Made by a program: the position numbers and the translations under genes
Shown: piece after piece, positions 52,782 through 64,000 of the stretch
Layout: every line of letters begins with the position of its first letter
Numbering within the stretch: position 1 is the first letter of the stretch
NCBI GenBank assembly: GCA_043228905.1
Contig: JBHGNT010000021.1
Coordinates: 1,054,001-1,118,000, forward strand
Source: Azolla caroliniana
Taxonomy: Eukaryota; Plantae; Polypodiophyta
Length of the DNA stretch: 64,000 nt
Direction: 5' to 3'
The notes under the pieces: generated by a model
The model's input: only the letters and a program-made list of their open reading frames with translations
The model's database searches: none
What the model was told of the DNA's origin: nothing

Positions 52782-53120
52782 TCCTTTGACTACGTGATCT
52801 ATCAACAAGTCAAAGGTACAACCATGGGTAGTAATTTTTCCATAGTTTATGCCTACCTATTCTTAGATCACTTAGAGAACTCTCAACCACCACACCCTAA
52901 TCTTTTCTAATGGACTGGTATTGAAACCCAATTAGAAGACTACCTCTAATTCTATAACACCTCCACCAATAATTGTATCAAACTCACCATCACCACTTCC
53001 CCCTTTAGATTACCGTTCTTAGACTAATATATCAACCTAGAAAACTCACATTTCTCTTTTAATTGTTACCAAAAGCCCCAAAATGCATACCAATATTTCT
53101 CATTCTCATCAAATCACCCC
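52779..53120 (+). mobile_element. Penelope-like element (PLE) reverse transcriptase relic
   Basis: Single frame with 3 stops: FSFDYVIYQQVKGTTMGSNFSIVYAYLFLDHLEN...LF*WTG...IKLTITTS..RLPFLD*YI......YQKPQNAYQYFSFSSNHP. These are PLE RT motifs (Y.Q..G.AMG; LPFLD; YQKP.N.Y.Y..F.S.HP). Confidence 0.8.
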
Positions 53121-53329
53121 CTTAGGGTTCTTAAAAATGAAAAGTCTATTTTTTAGTAGATTAGTCAAGAGAAAGTACCCCCTTAGGGTTCCTAAAAATA
53201 AGAAGTTTAATTTTTAGTAGATTGGTCAAGATAGAATATATCCCCTCATTTATAATAGAGAATTACAAGAATGTCATATTTAGCATTAGGAGATCACTAA
53301 TATATAATAAAAAACCCAAAAATACCCTT

Positions 53330-54995
53330 CTATCCACCATCTTCAAACTTAAGATATACAAGGGATACCCCTAGGATAGGAATTCACTACATACTAAAAA
53401 ACATTCATGTTGACTTACTCATAAACCCCGAACTATCCCAAATACCTAGGCCCTTTATATGTTGGACAAAGCCCAAGTCCACTCACTCATTCCTTGTCAG
53501 AACTAAATATAAAATATCCCCCCCAAATCCTCCTACTTAATACTATAGTGTGAAGTCGATTTTTGCTCATAGGAAAAGACCATGAAAATACATTGGATGT
53601 GAAGGTATAAAAGAATAAAGCACAATATGAAAGGTCCAAGAGTTAAAAGATAAATGAAATTGAAGAGATATAAAGTTAGAGGCGTTTTTCAAAAGTAGAA
53701 AAAGTAAGAAAAAAGAAAAAGAAGAAAAATGCAAGAAATTAAGCAGAAAAAGCTTAGTAGAGAAAAAAGTTCATAACTCTTCATCTCTTATCCAAATTTC
53801 AAAAGAAAATATTCGTAAGAAAGCTGACAAAGCAAGCTTTCTTGTATAACAAATTTGGATGACAAACCCAAAAAAAATGATATGAAAAACGCACCACACA
53901 AACTCCAGGATATGTAAAAGAAAAGAAAAGAAAAAGCAAGAATAACGCAACTAAAAACCTATAAGTATGAGGGTATTCTTAGCAATTGGGGAGGGGGAAG
54001 AGTAGAATATCTACAAGAAGAAGTGAGAAAGAAGAAGATTAGAAGAAGTGAGAAGACGATTAGTAGAAGAAAGAGAGAAGACAGAAAGACTATTTTAGTA
54101 ATAGTATATTAAAGTAATTATTTGGGGTTGTTACTCTTGGAGTCTAAGAGGATTGTATTCTTTTCTTAATAGTATATTGAAGTATTCTTTCCTCTTCCTC
54201 TTCTCTTCTCTATCATTTTTCTCTCTCCTCATCATTTTTCTTCTCTTGTAGATCTTCTATCCCTCCTTCCTCCTCCCAATTGCTAAGAATACCTTCATAT
54301 TTATAGGTTTTTAGTTGCGTTATTCTTGCTTTTTTCTTTTCTTTTCTTTTTACATATGCTCGAGTTTATGTGATGCCTTTTTCATATCATTATTTCTGTT
54401 TTATGTTTCCAAATTTATCATAAAAGAAAACTCTCTTTGTTAGCTTTCTTCTGAATCTTTTCTTTTGAAATTTGGATAAAAGATTAAGAAGTTATGAGCT
54501 TTTTTCTCTAACTTGCTTTTCTGCCTTTTTCCTGCGTTTTCTTCTTTTCTTTTCTTTTTTTGGTTTTTCTACTTTTGGAAAACGCCTCTAACTTCATATT
54601 CCTTCAATTTCATTCTTCTTTTAACTTTTGAACTTTTCACATTGTGCTTTATTCTTATACACCTTAGCATCTGATGTATTTACCACGGTCTTTTCTTACG
54701 AGCAAAAATTGACTTCACACATAGCCCACCCCCACTTAATTGCATATCACTCCACTACCTGTCACTAACTCATTATTCCCTCTCTCCCTATATAAACCCA
54801 CACCCATGTTGTAAATGACCTTTGCACTGAGGAGTTGACTCTAGAGAGAATTTTTTTCTCTTAGTCAATATTTCTTAAGTTTTCTCTCTCTCTCTCTCCC
54901 CTCACATTAGTACTCCTAATATCTCCAACTCTTTTCCTCCTCTTATATCATATACACTATTATGTTAAGTTGCTCGCGCTCCTTGTAACAACTTG
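53330..54995 (+). mobile_element. Second LTR-like copy (inverted relative to 51486-52371), interrupted by a foldback element
   Basis: 53340-53545 is the reverse complement of ~51920-52130, and 54721-54990 is the reverse complement of ~51558-51890. Confidence 0.7.
53548..54720. mobile_element. Fully palindromic foldback/MITE-like DNA element, 1173 bp, with ATA TSD
   Basis: Termini GTGTGAAGTC...GACTTCACAC. Flanks are ATA (53545-47) and ATA (54721-23). Arms ~53548-54085 and ~54190-54720 are reverse complements throughout. Confidence 0.9.
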
Positions 54996-55149
54996 AGGGT
55001 CAACAAAAGCCTACAAAAAGCTTCTTTTGATCTCAATATTGTGTAAAACCCTTTAATCTCGAGCTCATTATATTAGTCGTATGTTTTAAGCCTAAGTTGA
55101 GAGTTAATTGTTGTTCTACTACGTAAGAGTGAGAGGTGAAAGGAGGGGA

Positions 55150-55573
55150 ACTTGTTGCTCCCTTCAACTCGTCATTTCTTTCAACTCGTGGGAGCCTTCG
55201 ACTCCACGCTTTCGACTTGCAGGAGCTTTCGACTTGCAGGAGCTTTCAACTAGCGGTAGCTTTCAACTAGCGGTAGCTTTCGACTCATGGGAGCTTTTAA
55301 CTCCTCTGAGCTTTTGACTCGTGGGAGCTTTCGAATCCCAATCTTTCGACTTGTGGGAGCTTTCAACTCATTGAAGCCTTTGACTCCCCCTATCTTTCAA
55401 CTACTATGAGGTTTCGACTCCTCGAATCTTTTCACCCATGGCAAATTTTGACTCTTTTGAGTCTTCGAATTCCTTATGTCTGTGCCCTCCTAGTCCTTGC
55501 ATCCCTCCCTAGTCCAAGATCCCATGTGGTTCTACTCGAGTAGCACACACATGTACGTTTACGCAATACTATC
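55150..55573 (+). mobile_element. Single arm of the foldback family seen at 16622-18889, with ~18-20-bp tandem subrepeats
   Basis: CCCTAGTCCAAGA.CCC.TGTGGT.CT.CTCGAGTAGCA.AC at 55506-55550 matches 18822-18870. It is preceded by (TTTCGACTCGTGGGAGC)-like repeats. Confidence 0.7.
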
Positions 55574-56019
55574 ATGAGTAAGAAGATTGCCTTCATTTTG
55601 TTGTCAAAGATATGCAATAATATATCTTGAAGTTGATTGAGTATACCATTGAATGTGGAAAGGTGTTCAGCCTACAAAATAAAAAATAACTAGGAGTGCA
55701 CACACACATATTAATGTGTTATCCAAGATACATGGAATATGCTCTAATAAGAAGAGCTTTAAATATTGATGGGACAACTGAGTCATGACCTCTTAAATAC
55801 CTATTTAATGCTAAGTGGGAATCTTGTCCAAGGATTCCATTCAAATTATAAAACATTTTTTAGAATTTGTACAATTCTGAAAACGAGATTGTACAACTCT
55901 AACAAAAAATTAGAAAATATTAAATGATAGAAAAACGTTTATCTAATTTATTTAGAGAAACGTAAAGGGCCTTTAATCCCAACAAGGTTTAGTAACTCAA
56001 CCTCCCAATTTTGTCATTA

Positions 56020-57220
56020 TAGGTGCGAAACTAAAGTTTGGAGGCTCCTTAAAGCTTTGTATGTCTTGAAGCAAGCAGCTCGAATGCGGAATGCAAAGAT
56101 CCATGTTCACCTTCTTTGACTTGGTTTTGTGAATAGCCCAACCGAAAACACTCTCTATGTCCGAGAGGATGGAGAAAAATTACTAATTGTTGTGCTTTAT
56201 GTTGATGATTTGCTAATCACAGGACCTAATGAGCAAGAAATTGCAGATTTCAAAGTTGATCTTAATTAGACATTTGAACTTACAAATCTCAGTCATCTCC
56301 ATTACTACCTTAGCATTCAATTCATTATTGTTGGGGGAATATTTTTGCGAATCAACGGAAGTACGTCAAGAGGCTCCTACAATGATTTAGGTTTGAAGAC
56401 TCCAAGATAATCTCCACTCATATTCTCTTATCAAGATAAAGGAGAACCAACTGATGTACTCTTATACCAACAAGCTGTAGTCTGTTTGATATTTTTGTGC
56501 AACACGCAACCTGGCATTCAATATGCAGTTTTGCAATTAAACAAGTTTATGCACAACCCTGGAACAAAGTGGCAACTTGCAAGCAACCAAGCCAATTTTC
56601 CGTTATGTCAACCTTCATTGATAGTGAAGGGGCTGGCTGCTACAACACTCATGTCTCACACAGTGGCAATTGTTTCATGATCACCATTTCTTGTGTTTCC
56701 TGGCTCAGTAAGAAGCAGCCAACAATGGCAACATCAAGTTATGAAGCTGAGTGCAGCATTCAATGTTACAGTAGAGTGTGTTTGGCTCAAGAGATTATGG
56801 TTCGATTAGACACGTGAGCAATCATCTCCTACTTGTATATTTACAGACAGTTGAAGTGCCTTGGCTGTTGCAAGAAATCCCATCTTCCACACATGAACAA
56901 AACACATTGAAGTGCAATATCATTATGTGAGGGAGCAATTCCATGCTAATGAGAGAAACTTGGCGTACGTACAAACTCAAGAAAATGTTGCCGTCATTTT
57001 TACAAAGGCTCTATCCAGAGGAAAGTTTGAATATTTTCGCAAGGAATTGGGTATTCTTCCAACACCTGGATAGTGATCACATTCAAGATCACACCTTTCA
57101 CTTCAGGGGGGTTTGTTTACACTTAATGTGTATCCTATGAAAGCTTTGGTGAGAACACAGTAAGAATGTGTGAACCTAGTTAAGTAAGTGTTGAGTGTGA
57201 CCATAGTTAGAATAGTGTAA
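56020..57220 (+). mobile_element. Ty1/Copia remnant: RT-RNase H, PPT and start of 3' LTR
   Basis: LLKALYVLKQAAR, SPTENTLYV, VLYVDDLLITG, WLSKKQPTMATSSYEAE, NPIFHT*TKHIEVQYHYVRE, FTKAL. PPT CAGGGGGG is followed by TGTTTA. Confidence 0.9.
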
Positions 57221-57221
57221 G

Positions 57222-57841
57222 TAGCAATGGGCCCGGTTTCGGCTCAAACTGAACCGAACCGTTAAGCTATCGTTTAAAGGTTTATAAGTTCCAAAATAAT
57301 TAAATGGTTTGGTTTGGTTTTAATTATTAATAAACGGTTCGGTTTTAGTTCGGTTTGGTTCTGAAACTGGGGTTTATCGGTTTATAGGTTTAAGTGGTTT
57401 GGTTTAAAGGTTTATAGGTTTTTGGGCTAACTTTTTTATCTCCCTTAAATGTTTATGTAACTTAATGGTTTAATTAATGTTTTTTATTGATTTAATTCAC
57501 TTAACTTAAATTTTTATTTAATCTAATGGCTTAATTAATGCTTATTTATTTAATTAATTAATTAAACATAAATTCTTATTTAATTTAGTGTATTTTTATT
57601 TAGTTAATTTTTTAATTAGTTTGGTTAAAATGTGGTTAGGTTTAAACTTTTTATTAAATGGCTCGGTTTGGATTCAACTTTTCCCTAAACAATTTTGGTT
57701 TAAATAGTTTGGTTTAATGGTTTGAAAGTTCATAAACAGTTTGGTTTGGTTTTTATTTTATATAAATGGTTTGGTTCAGTTTGTTTTGGTTTCAAGGCAA
57801 AGAAACCGAACTAAACCAAAACCAAACCAGGCCCATTGCTA
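57222..57841. mobile_element. hAT-like MITE inserted in the Copia LTR
   Basis: TIRs TAGCAATGGGCC(C/T)GGTTT; degenerate 8-bp TSD AGTGTAAG/GTTGTAAG; many GGTTT/AAACC subterminal motifs; AT-rich core. Confidence 0.85.
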
Positions 57842-59269
57842 GTTGTAAGTAAATGAGATTCATATGTATAACAGTTAACCCCTATTGTCAACCTTTCTAA
57901 CTATTCAAAATATCAACAAACAAGTGCACCTTGTTTTTTTTGACAAACCAAGCAATTCTACTTCTTGTTGAGAGCTGGACAGAAGAACTGGAGGTCATCC
58001 ATCATAACATGTACATCCACTATTTGATTAAATGAGTTGAGGAAATTGAGAAAGCAAAGAAAGAAAAGCAATTTCTAGCATTTATGAAGCAACAAAACCA
58101 AAACAAAAACTTCTGCATACCTAGAATAGATTGAACCATGTTGGTTGAAACCTTCAGTAGAGAAAGAACCTTAAAACCTTGTGTGGGTTAATTGTTGCCT
58201 TTCAAACTTCTTGCATTGAGATATTTCACTATTCCCATCCCACATGAGGAATGCCAATGGTCAATTTAATAATGAGCATGAAAATCCACAAGATGTTAGA
58301 ATAAAATGAGTGAAAGGAATGAGAAAATCATACCCAGTATGAGGCATATCTATACTCTCCATCGGAACCAACAGATGAGATAAAAGTACAAGGTTGAGGT
58401 GGCGATGATGAATAGTCTAGCCATAAACACTGGAGCCCAAGTTTGAACCGAACAATGGCATGTTGTATGCAGCAAATGGCAATCATTAATGAGTAATCAA
58501 CAGTGACAAATCTTTTAAGAAAGACATGCACACATATTTATATCTTGTTTCTAGATGAATGGAACATAAGGAAGAAGTAGGAAATAACCAACTTTTTCTT
58601 TTACCTCCCCAAATACCTTTCACCAACTCTGAAAGAGCTGTTGTATGTGCTATTTGACCAAGTATATGATTAATTTGTTCCCGTTTCCATTCCTTAGGGG
58701 GTCAAACAAGCTCATTCAGGAAGCATGGATGCACAAACTAAGTATATGCTAAGAATAAGAGTGGGCTGGCTAAATATCAATTTATCCCAGATACAATCGA
58801 TGTGTATATTTGTGGAGTAAACGATGTCATGCTAAATTTGGATCCTTTTGCACCCTACAGGAAGTCACACAAAGGATTGTCAAATTCATCGCATTACGCA
58901 GTGGCGAATGGCTTTCTCCACATAACCGGCAATTTGCCCAAAAATTGTAAAGCCACACCAAACTGTTGGCATGATGAGGAATGTCATGATACAAGAATAT
59001 GCTTGCAAGCCAAATAACTTGGAGGATTTGCATACACAAACGAGAGGGCCCTTCCAACACATTGTGAGAAAGAAGAAGATATCTTATTTCACAACGTTGG
59101 AAGCACAAGTGTATTGCTTGTCCCTGAGACAAGGAAGTAAAAGAGTATGGAATGTCAAGCAGCCCAAACCCATATGGCTCACATCCATTTGAATCTATGT
59201 TTGTTATGCCATAAAATGTAAGAAATGCCATTGATCAATAACAGCCTGTACCACTTCGTTTCTGCCGGT

Positions 59270-60500
59270 AGAACAAATCTTTAATAGAGCTAAGTGTGAA
59301 GGATTCCCTAATGGCTCGACAAAACAAACCATTGTACCAATCTTCAAGAGAGGAGACCCCATGATATTAAGCAATTATAAGACAATCATGCTTGGTCATT
59401 AATTGGCTAAACTATATGGCTCAATCCTGGCTGCCGGTCAACTGGATAGGCTGGCTTTTGTGAGGGATTCACATATTCACCTTTTGAGCTCTTATCCTGG
59501 AGGGCAGAGCCCATAAGGAAAGGAATTACCAGAGCTTTGTGGATTTCTAAAAAGCTAGTACCGCATGGTTGCCTCATGCACCAGATAGAAGCGCCCTTCG
59601 TGTTCCCGTAGGAATGCAATGGGGAATCTATGTGCAGTAAGAATCTTTGTGAGGAAAAGCTCAATCTCCCATCAGGTTGTGGGAGGCAGTGGCTGGTACA
59701 ATCAGAGTAAAACAAGGATGCCCATTATCACTCACTCTCTTCAGTCTCTATGTTGATGAGATATCACATTAAATAGAGAAATTTTGCGGTTCGGGAGCAT
59801 GCTTAGCAGGTATAGCCATGCAGACATTACATATACTAATGACATTGTGCTGATCTCTGACTCTCCTCGGGCACTACAATGACATCTAAACACTTTTAAA
59901 TAACTTTGTACAGACAAAAGTTTGTCATTAAACCTTGACAGAACTAAAATGATGGTGTTTAACACCATTCAATCATGGGTAACGAGATCAGAACCATAAT
60001 TCTTCCATGGAGAGGAATAGATGGCATATGCAAAATCCTACACACACCTAGAAGTAACATTCACAAGGCCTCAGTTCTCCTTTCGGAAGGCTGCCAATGC
60101 TCAAATTTCTCGTGGATAAGCAGCCATAGGTGCTTTTGATAGACAATGTGCATATATATATGGTTCCAAGAGCCACAAACCAAATTGTGGCTATTTGAAA
60201 CACTTGTGACACAGACTCTTCTCTACATAGTAGAAACCTGGAAAGTGAGTCTTTAGAAGGTAAACAACATGACAGGTTTTGAGAGAATTTAGTATTGATG
60301 ATTGCCCGAACGATAGGGAGCAGGAGCAAAGTATCGGTGCCCCATGATCTAATTCAGACTGAAATAGGAACAGCCCCAATAATCACGAAAAGTGGCAAGC
60401 ATCCACCATGACTTTGGGAGCTCTGTAAATGAAGGTAATCAAGCTTGGCACTTATACCATCAAAACAACTTGCAAAACACAGAGATAATCAATGTTGGTA
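59270..60500 (+). mobile_element. Degenerate LINE reverse transcriptase
   Basis: TIVPIFKRGDP..LSNYKTIMLGH, FVDF*KA, IRVKQGCPLSLTLFSLYVDE, YTNDIVLISDS..LQ*HLN...LSLNLDRTKMMVFN, with stops and frameshifts. Confidence 0.85.
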
Positions 60501-61624
60501 TGCTAAAGAGCAACAATCACATGATATAGGCATAGATGCAACAATCCCTATTCCAATATAGCCCAGGTATATATATGATATACTAGATATTGCTCGTGGA
60601 AAAATATAAATACATATTCATACCAAGTATGAATATTACATCCTCTTTGGGAGATTCTTCTAGACTTCCCTTCCTACTCTCTCCACTAGATCGCAATACA
60701 TAGTACTGGTGTCTTGTTCAGACATTCCGGACTTCTAACTTTCTTTCCCTATCATGTACTGTTACCAAATAATGGACAGCAGACTCTTGAAAAACCATAC
60801 AAGTTGAAAAGCCTCCTTCACCCATTTGAGAATCCCAAACCTGAGTTCGAGAAAACCCACATCAAAATAAAGCCAAACCCTCGTTTGTGATGTACATGCA
60901 TGGAGCCATTAAATATGTTGATGAGAAAACACGAGCTCAAAAGCAAAGAGAAGAAAATCCTTTTCCAACATTTACAAAACAGGAAAAGCAAGACAGAAAT
61001 TTCTGCATGTCTAGAACACCTGTTCGCTGAGAAACAACCTTTAAACGTGTCAAGAGATTGATTCAACTGAGAGGAATCCTTGAAACCGTGTGATGGTTGA
61101 TTTACAAGCACTGCAAAGACACTAGATCACATTGGCATTGCTGCTATACTCAGAATGGCTTTCGGATGAAGATGGCATAGCAGCAGCAGCAGTAGTATAC
61201 AAGAACACAAAACTATGAAGGTTTGGAGGTCTCCTGGATTTTGGATTTTGAGTTTTGGTAACTCTTGGTTTTGGTTGGTTTTGGGTTTTGAGAAACTAAA
61301 GATTGTTGGAGTTAGTAGAAAACCTGCAAGGCTAATGACATAGAGGGGGCGTTGGTGCTGATGCTTGTTCTGTTACTGCAATATTTCTTCAAGGCTGCAG
61401 GTCAATGTTGGTGGTGCTTTATTTCTGTGGACCAAAGATATTGCAGGAAGTCTCATTTTTGTTTAAGAGGGAGAGAGACAGAGAGACGCTGAGCACCTTG
61501 TGATTATGTTTGTTGCTTTGAGATCCACATATAAGTAAACATGGAGTTCATCATGAAGCAGACTAGGAAAACGATTCCCACCTCCCCTTTGTCTGCTTAC
61601 TTCTTCGTTTTCTTCTTCTTCTAG

Positions 61625-61985
61625 GCATCACCATCAATCATCATTCTCATCCTTCACCAAACGCTTGGCTGTGAATTTTAAATTGAGCTTCTTTCGCAGG
61701 AGAAATTGTTTCACATATGGAAATTTGGGCCTTTTAGTGAGTGATTGCCTCTCCAGGCATAATCACATGTGTATCATTCATTTTTTAATATAATCTTGTC
61801 GTCCATGCCATCTATCATCGTTCTCATCCTTCACTAACAGCTTGTCCATGAATTTTGAATTAAGCTCCTTTTGCAGGAGAAATTGTTTCACATATGGAAA
61901 TTTTGAGCCTTTTGGTGAGCGATTGCCTCTCCAGGAATATCCATGTCTGTATCGTTCATTTTCTAATATAATCTTGTTATACATG
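61625..61985. repeat. Tandem direct duplication (~180-bp unit)
   Basis: TTCTCATCCTTCAC..AAC..CTTG...GCAGGAGAAATTGTTTCACATATGGAAATTT...GATTGCCTCTCCAGG present twice (~61640 and ~61820). Confidence 0.85.
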
Positions 61986-62280
61986 CCAAGCACAAATAAA
62001 TAAAAAGCCTGATTCATTGGACTGCTCTCTCTCCCCACTATCATTTGAAAGCTTACGCCGTGGCAGTATTATCATTCTTTTAAGATACAAGAGAAGAAAT
62101 ACAGAAACTGGGGGGAATACCGGTAAATGTGAATCATTTATCTATAGAAGCAACGCAGAAACAAAACCCTGGGGTTTTAGAGTAAATCGAGAAAGAAAAA
62201 ACATGAAGAGAGAAAGAAACAAAAGGAGAGACAGAGAGAGAAAGGGAGAGAATACTGACAGGGGCGCGATTTGTGGAGAG

Positions 62281-62333
62281 GTTGGTTTGTTTGTTTGTTT
62301 GTTTGTTTGTTTGTTTGTTTGTTTGTTTGTTTT
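62281..62333. repeat. (GTTT)n microsatellite
   Basis: Directly visible; it explains the low-complexity ORFs at 62017-62543. Confidence 0.95.
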
Positions 62334-62531
62334 TGCAGGGGAGGGAGACGGCCATGGAGCATGATGGAAGGAAGCTTTTCTTCTTCCCCTTTGCAACTGC
62401 CATGTCTGCTCCGCCATTGTGCTGTGTACTGTGTACTCTTGAGGAAGGAAGGAAGCAAACGAAGAAGACAAGCAATAGGCCGCCCATTATATGGGCGGGC
62501 GGACATACATATGCGTTGTTGCACGCTCACC

Positions 62532-62791
62532 CATAGTACTTAATATACTCGAATGAATCGGGAAACATTCTTTTTCATACGAATCCAAACCGAATGCGTA
62601 TGTTATCAAAACATTCTTTATGTTTTTTTTTTACACTTTTTACCTTAAAATTTTTCTTACCTTATAATAAACAATGAATACAAAAGTATAAAGTATGGTA
62701 TTTACCATACTTCGAGGGTGTGTACCATACCCGAATGGTTGAAGCATTCTCGAATGCGAATGGCCGTATGGTACGTATGGTTCATACTATG
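62532..62791. mobile_element. Small MITE-like element
   Basis: Termini CATAGTA...TACTATG, CTCACC on both flanks, and internal CGAAT / CCATAC subterminal repeats. Confidence 0.55.
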
Positions 62792-64000
62792 CTCACCTTG
62801 CACCCCTAGTTTAGGGCCTAGGCCTCATTCGGGTGGGCCAGGCCAGGCGGACATATGTGTTGTTGTTGCACCATGATTTGGGGCTCACTTGGGTGAGGCG
62901 ACATACAAAGCTCGTGCACCTCCCCCCCCCCCCCGTCCAGAATCATGTGTCATCCCTCAATGTGAATCGATTGCCCCGCTATTGGAATGCTTTACATTCT
63001 CGATTGTTGTGATTTATATTTTTTAATGTTATCGTCCATGTAGTTGGTTTCGCGCATTTGATTCACCGTGTTTATTGATTGATGTTCTATCCCTATTGTC
63101 ATATAGTAAATGGACACCTGATGCAATATATCCATTCTCTTTGAGTTGAATGTACATCATATATTAAGTGGCATACTCGATTCTCCACCGATATGGGTGT
63201 GTACATATGTGCAAGCATCATTTTCAAATAGAGAGGTTTTTTATTGCATAACCACCCCCCTTCTTAGGAAGGTGATATGTTCATTTCATCCCATAGGTCC
63301 AATTTAGCCTTCTCATAGTGGACATACAAAGGAAAACACAACATGCTCATATTTCCTTTAAGGTCACAATGGTCTACATAGGGATGGTGCCCACAACTTC
63401 TCTATCTAAAGCTAAGTTATAAAGGATCGTACATAGTTCGGAGCTTTGCCTTCAACCTTCGTGGTCCCTCTTCCTTTGCTCTTCATGCTCGTCTTTCATA
63501 TGGTTTCCGACCTCTTGCTTTTCTTTGAATTTCCACATTTCAATAGTTTACCAAGCCCTTGGTGGATTGATCGATGTCCTCATTTGAGTGACAGTGCACA
63601 ATTTATGTGAATGCATGCAAATCGTTTTGTGATCGAGTCTCCTTGCCATCACATAATTCTGGATATGTGCAAACTCATGATTGGCCAAAATCAATAATGC
63701 AATCAAATGATGTAGTAAGTCTTGGCAGTCCTATAAAATTGTAGACTCACAAGAAATAGCCCAAGAAGATATTTTGGTTGTTCAAATATGACATTTATAG
63801 GTTGTAGCATCAGTTGAAGAGACGACAAAAGATTTGTAAAGTGCTTGAAGAAGGCACATTGAAGCGTAAGACATGTATCCAAGAGTGTTTGATCAAGAAT
63901 GGGGATTGAATGTTGGTTTAGGACAATTGTGTTGGGGAACAATAAAATGTCATGGTTTGGAAGTTCGCAGAGCCAATTTTTGGCACATATGTTTATGTTT

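Noticed and set aside
51700-54870. Hammerhead ribozyme / PLE pseudo-LTR interpretation of the inverted LTR-like pair
   Set aside because: CTGAGGAG at ~54826 lacks a following stem II + GAAA core, and the left copy has TGTAAC..TTACA ends typical of ordinary LTRs.
61190-61235. LHSFVFLY resembling the S1-bZIP sucrose-regulated uORF
   Set aside because: Short partial match, no proper ATG or terminal residues, and no downstream bZIP ORF.
62017-62543. Cluster of 87-117-aa ORFs
   Set aside because: Artefacts of (GTTT)n and GA-rich low-complexity sequence.

Overview
Eukaryotic, AT-rich, intron-containing land-plant nuclear DNA. The PLS-PPR repeat style suggests a fern such as Ceratopteris; this is an inference and was not verified. 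Genes: the last exon of a ribokinase (+, 114-214), an intronless PLS-class PPR gene with truncated E domain and no DYW (-, 3875-6214), a 16-exon FHA-type TDP1 (+, 9397-24291), and a ~19-exon paladin-like triple PTP-phytase-domain gene (-, 26749-40260). The large introns and the 41-64 kb region hold decayed mobile DNA: Copia remnants, LINE remnants, hAT-type MITEs, LTR-like pairs, a SINE/LINE-tail family and two long foldback elements. The most notable observations are: (i) a Penelope-like (PLE) reverse-transcriptase relic at 52779-53120, unusual for land plants; (ii) a 2.3-kb foldback element whose centre carries two divergent tRNA-like (A/B-box) heads; (iii) a fully palindromic 1173-bp element with ATA target-site duplication; (iv) inverted SINE-like copies bracketing a paladin exon; (v) a roughly mirror-symmetric arrangement across 49-57 kb. 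No intact novel multi-gene system could be supported. Exon and repeat coordinates were read by eye.
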